A DNA stretch of 35,900 nucleotides. Origin: a bacterium. GTDB taxonomy: Bacteria; UBP13; UBA5359. Below, in pieces: positions 10,021 to 17,001 of the stretch. A program made the translations under genes and the position numbers. Where the stretch lies: positions 2,782 to 38,681 of the forward strand of contig JAQVUQ010000001.1 in NCBI GenBank assembly GCA_028699365.1. The letters are read 5' to 3'. Below the pieces are notes generated by a model that was given only the letters and a program-made list of their open reading frames with translations, was not told the DNA's origin and made no database searches. Positions within the stretch are counted from its first letter, which is position 1, and every line of letters starts with the position of its first letter.

Positions 10021-10049
10021 ATTCTACCAACCGGTAAATAAAAAAGCAA
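10021..10049 (-). promoter_or_regulatory. Putative sigma70-type promoter of the rnf operon
   Basis: On the minus strand this reads TTGCTT (10049-10044), a 17-nt spacer, then TAGAAT (10026-10021). It lies in the 72-nt gap between the GT4 stop and the rnfC start. Sequence pattern only. Confidence 0.4.
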
Positions 10050-10060
10050 TCATTATGCCT

Positions 10061-11203
10061 TTACCATATGGCCTCTTCATATGCCCGATAAGTCTCTGCC
10101 GCCGTTTTCTCCCAGGAGAACTGCGCCGCACGCTCAAGTCCGCGGGCGATCATTTCCTCGGATAACGCCGGATCGGTCAGCACGGTGACGATTCCACGTG
10201 ATATGGCCCCCCGGTCGTTAGGATCCACCAGTAGTGCAGCATCGCCGGCAACCTCCGGCATGGAAGAGACGGAACTTGTCAGCACAGGTGTGCCGCTGGC
10301 CATTGCTTCCAGCACAGGCAAGCCGAATCCCTCATAAAGCGAGGGATAGACGAAAAGAGAGGCGGCAGCATAGAGGTCGGCCAATTGATCGTCGGTAAGA
10401 TAACCGGTAAAGCGCAGCCGGTTCCTTATCCCCAGAGCATCAGCCCGATCCTGCAGGCTTTCGCGTCCCCAACCTGCCTTGCCTGCCAGAACCAGCGGAT
10501 ATGAAGAACGCAAACTATCAGGCAGATCGGCATATGCTTCCAGAAGAGCAGGAATATTCTTTCGGGGCTCAAGCGTGCCCACAGAGAGGATGAATCTGCC
10601 GGGCAGATCCAGCGAGCGCAGCGTCTCTTTCACGGAGTCAGGATTACGGGGATGAAACATGCTGCCTGCCGCCAGACAGGTGACCCTGATCTTTCCGGCG
10701 TCGACATCCAGATAGCGCTGTATCTCTTCAGAAGCGCTCTCGGAGATAGTGATGATAATATCGGCTTTTTTTGCAGAGGGCGGTATGAGGTGCTTGAAGT
10801 ATACCTGCTTCACTAACTCATGCTTATCGGAATGACTGAAAAAGGTCATATCGAAGATGGTCAGCACGGAAGGCGTTGCAGCCGCCAGAGGCAGCACAAA
10901 ACCCGGGGCATGGAAAACGTCTGTCTTCAGCCGTCTAATCAAGCCCGGCAGAGCCGCCTGCTCCCATATTATCCTTGCCGGCCTCGACACTGTAAGCGGG
11001 CCGCAATCGATCAACGATAAGTTGTTACCCTCGATATTACGGAAATGGTGTTTATTCTCTCCGTTGACCAGCAGGCTTATACGACAGTCGTCTTCCATCC
11101 GGCTCATGGCACGCATCAGATTAATCATGTAAACACCGCCGCCGGTTTTCCTGGCGGGCAGTGCCAGAGCGTTGAATACGATGTGCATGTTACGTTCTCT
11201 CAA
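10061..11203 (-). CDS. Glycosyltransferase, GT4 family (Glycos_transf_1)
   Basis: 380 aa. The C-terminal half has LFVYPSLYEGFGLPVLEAMASGTPVLTSSVSSMPEVAGDAALLVDP, the GT4 EX7E region. The longest ORF starts at TTG 11203, overlapping the GT2 stop as TTGA. ATG 11188 (MHIVFNAL) is an alternative start. Confidence 0.9.
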   Translation of the reverse strand: MRERNMHIVFNALALPARKTGGGVYMINLMRAMSRMEDDCRISLLVNGENKHHFRNIEGNNLSLIDCGPLTVSRPARIIWEQAALPGLIRRLKTDVFHAPGFVLPLAAATPSVLTIFDMTFFSHSDKHELVKQVYFKHLIPPSAKKADIIITISESASEEIQRYLDVDAGKIRVTCLAAGSMFHPRNPDSVKETLRSLDLPGRFILSVGTLEPRKNIPALLEAYADLPDSLRSSYPLVLAGKAGWGRESLQDRADALGIRNRLRFTGYLTDDQLADLYAAASLFVYPSLYEGFGLPVLEAMASGTPVLTSSVSSMPEVAGDAALLVDPNDRGAISRGIVTVLTDPALSEEMIARGLERAAQFSWEKTAAETYRAYEEAIW

Positions 11204-11910
11204 TCGAACAGTCTGTAACGCACCAGAGCTTTTAATGCAGTCAGGCCGTCTTTCCAGGTTATCTTTTTTCCCTGCCAGTATTCCCTGCCGTTATAGGATA
11301 TCGGGACCTCATATATGCGGTATCCCCTTTTCAACAGCTTGGCCGTCAACTCCGGCTCTATATCGAAACGATCCGAACGCAGTCTCATGCCTTCAACCGT
11401 CTCGCGTAAAAAACACTTGTAGCAAGTTTCCATATCCGTAAGGGTCGTATTGTAGAGGAGATTGGTAACGAAAGTCAGAAACTTGTTCCCGACCTGATGC
11501 CAGTAGAACATAGCCTTGTGCTCTCCCAGAAAACGGGAACCGTAAACGACCTTGCTCCTGCCGGAAATAATCGGCCTGAGCAGTTTTTCGTAATCGTCGG
11601 GATCATACTCCAGATCGGCATCCTGAATGATTACCACGTCACCGCGAGCCGATGCCAGGCCGCTTCTTACGGCCGCCCCTTTACCGCGGTTTATGCCATG
11701 CTCTATAAGCCTCATATCGGAGATCCAGGGTTTGAAATACTTCTCGTCGCCACTCTCGATAAGCTCGTGCAATAATCTTACGGTTCCATCGGACGAGCCG
11801 TCATCGACGATGACTATCTCCTTCTCCAATGTATTGGCAGCCACTCGCTCAAGAATATCGGCAACGGTTTGAACCTCGTTATATACCGGCACGATCACGG
11901 TTATCAACAT
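11200..11910 (-). CDS. Glycosyltransferase family 2, polyprenyl-phosphate sugar synthase-like (DPM1/ArnC-like fold)
   Basis: Contains ITVIVPVYNE..VIVDDGSSDGT..VIIQDADLEYDP..VYGSRF, the GT2 DxD architecture. I place the start at ATG 11910 (MLITVIV), preceded by GGGGGAAGGA. The track ORF extends 15 codons further, to 11955, into the AT-rich promoter region. Confidence 0.88.
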   Translation of the reverse strand: MLITVIVPVYNEVQTVADILERVAANTLEKEIVIVDDGSSDGTVRLLHELIESGDEKYFKPWISDMRLIEHGINRGKGAAVRSGLASARGDVVIIQDADLEYDPDDYEKLLRPIISGRSKVVYGSRFLGEHKAMFYWHQVGNKFLTFVTNLLYNTTLTDMETCYKCFLRETVEGMRLRSDRFDIEPELTAKLLKRGYRIYEVPISYNGREYWQGKKITWKDGLTALKALVRYRLFD

Positions 11911-11936
11911 GTCCTTCCCCCGGTTTGCAAAGCGTA

Positions 11937-11969
11937 TTGTAAAATAATCATGCAAAAGTTATACTTCAA
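11937..11969. promoter_or_regulatory. Putative overlapping divergent promoters for the GT2-GT4 operon (minus) and the GT-C gene (plus)
   Basis: This is an AT-rich patch. On the plus strand: TTGTAA (11937-11942), 17 nt, TATACT (11960-11965). On the minus strand: TTGAAG (11969-11964), 17 nt, TATTTT (11946-11941). Both transcription units need a promoter here because they diverge. Pattern only. Confidence 0.35.
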
Positions 11970-11974
11970 ATATT

Positions 11975-12283
11975 ATGGTTACTCTATCATACTTGTTGGC
12001 GGACTACAACTGTGCTGAAAAAGGCGCAAAGACTGTAGATGAGTTCAAGGTTCAAGGTTCACCGTTCAAAGTTTTCAGCAACAGGCTCGGGTCCTTATTG
12101 GGCAAAAAGGCTCGGGCATCTCGCTCGGGAACCTTGAACTCTGAACATCTGAACCTTGAACCTTTAAAGGCGTGGCGTCCTTTACAGGATCATTCAGCCC
12201 TGGCTACAGTCCTTCTCCTGATCTGGGCGGCTGTCATCATATTCGCCTATATCTACATGTATCGCAACGCGCTAATTTCCTGA
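11975..12283 (+). CDS. Hypothetical small ORF (102 aa) with one C-terminal hydrophobic helix; doubtful
   Basis: ATG 11975 has no SD and lies about 10 nt after the putative -10 box. The body is made largely of the heptamer arrays. Only the C-terminal ATVLLLIWAAVIIFAYIYMY segment looks protein-like. The stop sits just before the SD of the next gene. Confidence 0.2.
   Translation: MVTLSYLLADYNCAEKGAKTVDEFKVQGSPFKVFSNRLGSLLGKKARASRSGTLNSEHLNLEPLKAWRPLQDHSALATVLLLIWAAVIIFAYIYMYRNALIS
12043..12164. repeat. Opposed tandem heptamer arrays (GTTCAAG type) forming an imperfect long palindrome
   Basis: Four forward units lie at 12043-12070 and five complementary units at 12129-12164. A perfect 14-bp inverted repeat pairs 12047-12060 with 12151-12164. 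The loop carries AGGCTCGGG twice plus CTCGGG once. Confidence 0.85.
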
Positions 12284-12293
12284 GGAGGTCATC

Positions 12294-14237
12294 TTGCTCG
12301 ATATAGCGGCAGCAGCGGCATTGATCATCGCATCCTTCGGGCCGGGTTTTCTGGTGACCGAACGGCTGCTCAGAGAAAGGACTCCGACTCTTCTAACGGT
12401 TGTTTATTCATCAGCCGTCGGCTTCGGCATCTTCATTTATATCCTGCTGGGGATGAGTTATGCAGGAGTTCTGACCGCAAGCGCCATCCGTGCAATCACT
12501 CTGATTCTCATTCCTGTAACCTGTATTTTACTGTTGCGAAAAGGTAAAAAAGGATTGCTGTCAGGAGGCTTCAGCCTTCAGCCTTCAGCCTTCAGCCTGC
12601 CCCCCATAGTGATATGGGGGGCACTAATACTGCTCTTGCTTTCTATGGCCTTAAATCTGCTGGCGGCCCTCTCACCGTCCCTTTATTGGGATGAGCTCTC
12701 CTATCATCTTCCCTTGTCACGAGACTACCTTGCTCACGGCAGCATGATATCACATAACTTTATGCCTCACTCCTATATGCCGGAAGGCGCAGAGTTACTC
12801 TTCTCAGCCGGCATGGCTCTGGGCAGTGACAAAGTCCCTAATCTTCTTCACTTCTACTTTGGCATCTTGCTTGCCGCTGCAATAATCGCATTTGCCGTAA
12901 AGGCCGGAAGACCAAGGGCCGGTATTCTGGGCGCAGCTTTCTTCTATACCATGCCCGTCGTAACCTGGCTCTCTCCCCTGGCATACATAGATCTGATAGC
13001 CGGCCTGTTCTCCTTCCTGGCATTGCTGTCAGCCGTCAACGCTCTCGAAGAGCACAATGAAGAGCTTTCTACAGATAAGCCTCATAAACGGACCTCAACC
13101 CTTTGTGCCTTTGTGCCTCTGTGCCTGCCGCGCCGTAGCCCTTGGGCGAAGGGGGGCCTCTGTGCCTTGCCTGAAAAACTTTCGAAACGTTGGCTCCTAT
13201 GCGGCTTGCTCTCCGGCTTTGCCGTATCGGTGAAATACAGTGCAGGCATACTTCCGGCTCTGATTCTCATATTTCTATTGTTCAAGCTGTTTCGCCACAG
13301 GACCCGTGCAGCATCAATCCCTTTGCTCGCTTTTTTCATACCGCTGACACTTCTTACTCTTCCATGGATGGCCCGAAGTTACTTTCTGACCGGTACACCG
13401 CTTTGGCCCTACCTGTCGCTACTGATCAACGATCCTTTTACGGCAAATGAGGCTGAAATATTCCGCAGGACTTTTGCCGGTTTTTCGCAAGCATCCAGAA
13501 CATTGGCCGGCTTCCTCCTTCTGCCGTTCAACGCCGTATTCTCCAGTCGTCAATACGATGCCTCAATCGGCCCGGCCTTGCTGGCATTCGTGCCCGGATA
13601 CCTTATTCTTCGTCGTGCAAAATTGCTCTCCGTCACAATAATGCTCGCCTTCGCCTCCGCGTTCACCGTTATGTGGTACTTCAGCGGACCACAGATGCGG
13701 TTTGCCATTCCTGCGCTGGCCGTTTTTTCGCTTGCGGCAGGTCTTTCCGCATCCACCCTCTTAAAAACATCCTCTCTGAGGACGGTGGCCGGCATGATAA
13801 TACTTCTGGCTCTCGCCGCCAACTTCTTCTATACAGGCTGTCATGCCCGTGAGACTGCACAGCTTTCCCGCCTCGATAAGGCTAAGATCGGGCTCGGGTT
13901 GATCAGCGATGACGATTACTATAATTGTCTGGATATCTATCGTGTCGCCTCTTATGCAAACAAACATGTGCAGCCTGAAGAGAGGATTTTGGCGATAAAT
14001 GAAAACAGAGGCTATTTTTACAAGAGCGAATTTATCTGGTTAGCCGACTGGCTCGTCATTCAGGGGCTGAGTGCCATGCCCGATGCCGATTATCTGCTGA
14101 AGAAGAACATCAAATGGATAATCGTGACAGGAATGCCGGAGGCGCAGGCAAAATGGCTTATGGACGGAGTAACCACAGAGAGACTGAGAGTAGAGTATTC
14201 ATCCGGATCCGTAACTCTACTTCATATCCTTCGATAA
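12294..14237 (+). CDS. Polytopic GT-C-type membrane glycosyltransferase (ArnT/PMT-like)
   Basis: 647 aa with many hydrophobic helices. An acidic loop motif YWDELSYHLPLSRDY follows a helix, as in the first extracytoplasmic loop of GT39/ArnT-like enzymes, and there is a soluble C-terminal domain. The TTG start has GAGGAGG 5 nt upstream. This is the only plus-strand gene. The family call is by architecture, not by a search. Confidence 0.7.
   Translation: MLDIAAAAALIIASFGPGFLVTERLLRERTPTLLTVVYSSAVGFGIFIYILLGMSYAGVLTASAIRAITLILIPVTCILLLRKGKKGLLSGGFSLQPSAFSLPPIVIWGALILLLLSMALNLLAALSPSLYWDELSYHLPLSRDYLAHGSMISHNFMPHSYMPEGAELLFSAGMALGSDKVPNLLHFYFGILLAAAIIAFAVKAGRPRAGILGAAFFYTMPVVTWLSPLAYIDLIAGLFSFLALLSAVNALEEHNEELSTDKPHKRTSTLCAFVPLCLPRRSPWAKGGLCALPEKLSKRWLLCGLLSGFAVSVKYSAGILPALILIFLLFKLFRHRTRAASIPLLAFFIPLTLLTLPWMARSYFLTGTPLWPYLSLLINDPFTANEAEIFRRTFAGFSQASRTLAGFLLLPFNAVFSSRQYDASIGPALLAFVPGYLILRRAKLLSVTIMLAFASAFTVMWYFSGPQMRFAIPALAVFSLAAGLSASTLLKTSSLRTVAGMIILLALAANFFYTGCHARETAQLSRLDKAKIGLGLISDDDYYNCLDIYRVASYANKHVQPEERILAINENRGYFYKSEFIWLADWLVIQGLSAMPDADYLLKKNIKWIIVTGMPEAQAKWLMDGVTTERLRVEYSSGSVTLLHILR
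12569..12598 (+). repeat. Tandem heptamer (CTTCAGC) x4 plus a partial unit inside the GT-C coding sequence
   Basis: The run cttcagc cttcagc cttcagc cttcagc ct is read directly at 12569-12598. It encodes GFSLQPSAFSL in the current frame. Confidence 0.9.
13101..13165 (+). repeat. Tandem octamer (CTTTGTGC, CTTTGTGC, CTCTGTGC) plus a fourth copy after a 33-nt GC-rich spacer, inside the GT-C coding sequence
   Basis: Read directly. Units lie at 13101-13108, 13109-13116, 13117-13124 and 13158-13165. The spacer contains GCCCTT..AAGGGG self-complementarity. The region encodes LCAFVPLCLPRRSPWAKGGLCA. Confidence 0.85.
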
Positions 14238-15191
14238 CTGCAGTCGGTTATCCCAATATGATAACAGATCAGCCAGCGTCTTATCTAACGGTATTGCGGG
14301 TTCCCACCCGATATGCTCCCTGCACTTACTGTTATCCCCATAAATAATCGGCATATCGGATGGTCTGAATCGCTCAGCATCGACTCTGATGTCCGCTTCC
14401 ACTCCGGCCAGTTCCAAAAGCCTGACAAGTATCTGCTTTATACTGACGGCTCTGCCGCTGCAAACGTTATAGGCCTCACCGGAGACACCTTTCTCAAGCA
14501 GCAGATGATACGCCCTCACCACATCTCTGACATCGGCAAAGTCGCGTTCGGCGTCAAGATTGCCGGTTTCAATAAGAGGATCTCTGACGCCGCCGGCTAT
14601 CTCGCTTACCTGCCGGGCAAAGCCGGGACAGACAAATCGGTCGTCCTGCCGCGGACCTGTGTGATTAAAAGCGCGTGTCCTGATAATTCGCAGATCGTAG
14701 GAGTTGTGATACTGGTAGCCCAGCATGTCCTGAGCCACCTTGCTGACGGCATACGGATTACCCGGTCTGAACGGAGCGGTCTCGCCAACCGGCAACTCCC
14801 GGGGATCGACTATTCCGTATTCTTCACCGGTACCGCATAGCAGTATGGAAGGCGTCCTCTTCATCTTCCTGGCAGACTCCAGGATGTTCAGCGTTCCTTT
14901 GATATTAACGTCCATAGTCAGATGCGGGTCCGAAAACGACAGCGGCACAAAGCTTTGTGCCGCCAGATGATATACCCTTTCAGGAGATATCATATCGAAA
15001 GCATCGTTAATCGTCCGACCGTCCAGTATATTGCCGGTCAGTAACTCAATCCGGTCACGCAGGTGGGCAAGATTATCCAGCTTGTCATTAGGATGACAAA
15101 TACCGTAAATCGTGTTGTCGGGGTCCGCAGCCAGCAACTCCGCCAGATGACTGCCGACAAATCCTGCTATTCCGGTTATCAGTATGTTCAC
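14217..15191 (-). CDS. NAD-dependent extended SDR of the GDP-mannose 4,6-dehydratase / GDP-4-keto-6-deoxymannose reductase (Rmd-like) family
   Basis: Contains NILITGIAGFVGSHLAELL (Rossmann fold), NPYAVSKVAQD (YxxxK), and RAFNHTGPRQDDRFV..GNLDAERDFADVRDVV..YNVCSG. I place the start at GTG 15191, with GGGGTGG upstream. The track ORF extension to 15338 overlaps the ugd 3' end and is rejected. Confidence 0.82.
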   Translation of the reverse strand: MNILITGIAGFVGSHLAELLAADPDNTIYGICHPNDKLDNLAHLRDRIELLTGNILDGRTINDAFDMISPERVYHLAAQSFVPLSFSDPHLTMDVNIKGTLNILESARKMKRTPSILLCGTGEEYGIVDPRELPVGETAPFRPGNPYAVSKVAQDMLGYQYHNSYDLRIIRTRAFNHTGPRQDDRFVCPGFARQVSEIAGGVRDPLIETGNLDAERDFADVRDVVRAYHLLLEKGVSGEAYNVCSGRAVSIKQILVRLLELAGVEADIRVDAERFRPSDMPIIYGDNSKCREHIGWEPAIPLDKTLADLLSYWDNRLQLSKDMK

Positions 15192-15246
15192 AAAACCACC
15201 CCGCGTTATCTGACTATACTCAATAGCATCTAAAGCTTTGAAGGGC

Positions 15247-16560
15247 TTATACAGGCAAACCGTTACAAGGACGGCCCATAGATATGTAGCGGAATCCGTA
15301 ATCCGACATGCGCTCCACATCATATATATTGCGGCCATCGATTATAACTGGCTTGTGCATGCGCCCTTTCAACTTTGAGAAATCAAGTTCCAGAAACTCG
15401 CTCCATTCCGTCAGTACCAGCAGCACATCCGCATCGACTGCCGCCTCATATGGGCTGTCAGCCCTGATCAGTCCGGCAATCATAGTTGAAGCGCTTTCAA
15501 ACGCCATCGGATCGTATGCGGAGACTACGGCGCCATCTGCAATCAATGCATTCAATACAGGTACGGACGGAGCCTCCCGCATGTCATCGGTGTTGGGCTT
15601 GAATGCCAATCCCAATACTCCTATGACCTTTCCGCTCAGCACGCCCAGTTCTTCCTTGATTTTGGAGATAAAGAGTTCACGCTGATAAGCGTTTACTCGC
15701 TCCACCTCACGCAGCATTGCCAACGATACTCCGTTTCTCTCGGCCGTTGACATCAGAGCTTTGACGTCTTTGGGAAAGCAGGATCCTCCGTAGCCCAGAC
15801 CGGCGTTAAGAAAGAGCGGCCCTATCCGTGGATCCAATCCCATACCCCTGGCTACGGTAGCGACATCGGCACCTATGGTTTCGCACAGGTTGGCAATAGC
15901 GTTTATAAACGATATCTTGGTAGCAAGAAAGGAATTGGATGCATATTTGATCATTTCCGCCGTGCGTAAATCCGTTATCAGAACCGGTGCCTTAAGAGGT
16001 TTATAGAGTTGCATGATTCGTTCGGCTGCGGCGGTGCTGTCACTGCCTATTATAATACGCTCCGGTTTCAAAGTATCGCTCACGGCACTCCCCTCCCTGA
16101 GGAATTCCGGATTAGAGACGACATCAAAGGATATGCTCTTATCGATTGCGTGTTCCCTGATCGTCTTACTCACCAACTCCCCGGAGCCGACCGGAACGGT
16201 ACTCTTATTAATTATTATCTTATAATCCCTGAGGTTGCGGCCTATATCTGCTGCAACAGAGAGAACCTGACTCATATCGGCCTCACCGTTATCCGCCTGT
16301 GGCGTGCCTACAGCAACGAAAATGATCTCGGACTCTTCAATCGCATAATCGAGAACACTGGTGAAGGAAAGACGGCCCGCCCGGACGTTCTTCAGCAACA
16401 GCTCTTCAAGGCCGGGCTCATATATCGGCATTTTCCCGTTTTTTAAATTCTCTATTCTAGCCGTATCCCTGTCAACGCAAATGACGTCGTTCCCCAACTC
16501 GGCCAGGCAAACACCTGTAGGAATACCTACATAACCTGTGCCCACTACGGCAATATGCAT
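15247..16560 (-). CDS. ugd: UDP-glucose 6-dehydrogenase
   Basis: 437 aa with MHIAVVGTGYVGIPTGVCLAELG, the NPEFLREGSA motif, and GGSCFPKD (catalytic Cys). GAGGAGGAACGT lies before the ATG. Confidence 0.93.
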   Translation of the reverse strand: MHIAVVGTGYVGIPTGVCLAELGNDVICVDRDTARIENLKNGKMPIYEPGLEELLLKNVRAGRLSFTSVLDYAIEESEIIFVAVGTPQADNGEADMSQVLSVAADIGRNLRDYKIIINKSTVPVGSGELVSKTIREHAIDKSISFDVVSNPEFLREGSAVSDTLKPERIIIGSDSTAAAERIMQLYKPLKAPVLITDLRTAEMIKYASNSFLATKISFINAIANLCETIGADVATVARGMGLDPRIGPLFLNAGLGYGGSCFPKDVKALMSTAERNGVSLAMLREVERVNAYQRELFISKIKEELGVLSGKVIGVLGLAFKPNTDDMREAPSVPVLNALIADGAVVSAYDPMAFESASTMIAGLIRADSPYEAAVDADVLLVLTEWSEFLELDFSKLKGRMHKPVIIDGRNIYDVERMSDYGFRYISMGRPCNGLPV

Positions 16561-16625
16561 ACGTTCCTCCTCTAAGCTTCAGTCAGCCGACAATCAAATC
16601 TCCCATTCCCTGCAAAGAGCGATTA

Positions 16626-16985
16626 TCAGCTTTTGGACATCACGGCCACACCCAGGCAGATTATACATACCCCGGCCCAACGGACCATTGTAACGTGCTC
16701 CTTCAGTATCAGCCAGGATACCAGCAGCACCGCAACATAGCTCAGCGATATCAGCGGATACGCGAAGCTGAGTTCGACCTTGGACAATACCAGCAGCCAG
16801 ATAAGGGTGCTTACAATATATAGGCCAATACCTGTCCAGACATGGGGCATCATAAGTATTTTCATCAATTTAGCAGTCACCAGATTATCGGCAGCCACAT
16901 TGGCCCTCAACACTCCTGACTTTATGAATACCTGCCCGATCGATCCGAGTAAAACCGAAATCACGATCTGATAAAGGGGGTTCAT
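16626..16985 (-). CDS. Small four-helix EamA/DMT-type membrane protein (ArnE/ArnF-like lipid-linked sugar flippase candidate)
   Basis: 119 aa with four hydrophobic helices. The size and pattern (LGSIGQVFIKSG..AYPLISLSYVAVLL) resemble single-EamA-domain proteins found in Arn/Gtr-type clusters. Confidence 0.65.
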   Translation of the reverse strand: MNPLYQIVISVLLGSIGQVFIKSGVLRANVAADNLVTAKLMKILMMPHVWTGIGLYIVSTLIWLLVLSKVELSFAYPLISLSYVAVLLVSWLILKEHVTMVRWAGVCIICLGVAVMSKS

Positions 16986-17001
16986 TACGATACCTCACAC
17001 A

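Noticed and set aside
12043-13165. Whether the tandem repeats could be a CRISPR array or degenerate CRISPR remnant
   Set aside because: The units are only 7-8 nt and directly abutting, with no spacers of 25-40 nt. The different tracts have different unit sequences, and no cas genes are in the window.
11975-14237. Whether the small ORF 11975..12283 and the GT-C ORF are one gene broken by a frameshift (pseudogene)
   Set aside because: The two are in different frames and separated by a stop. A strong GAGGAGG SD sits 5 nt before the TTG start at 12294, consistent with independent initiation. I cannot fully exclude this without homologue alignment.
15192-15338. Upstream extension of the SDR ORF (14217..15338)
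   Set aside because: It overlaps the ugd 3' end and has no homology-like features. The Rossmann motif begins right after GTG 15191, which has an SD.
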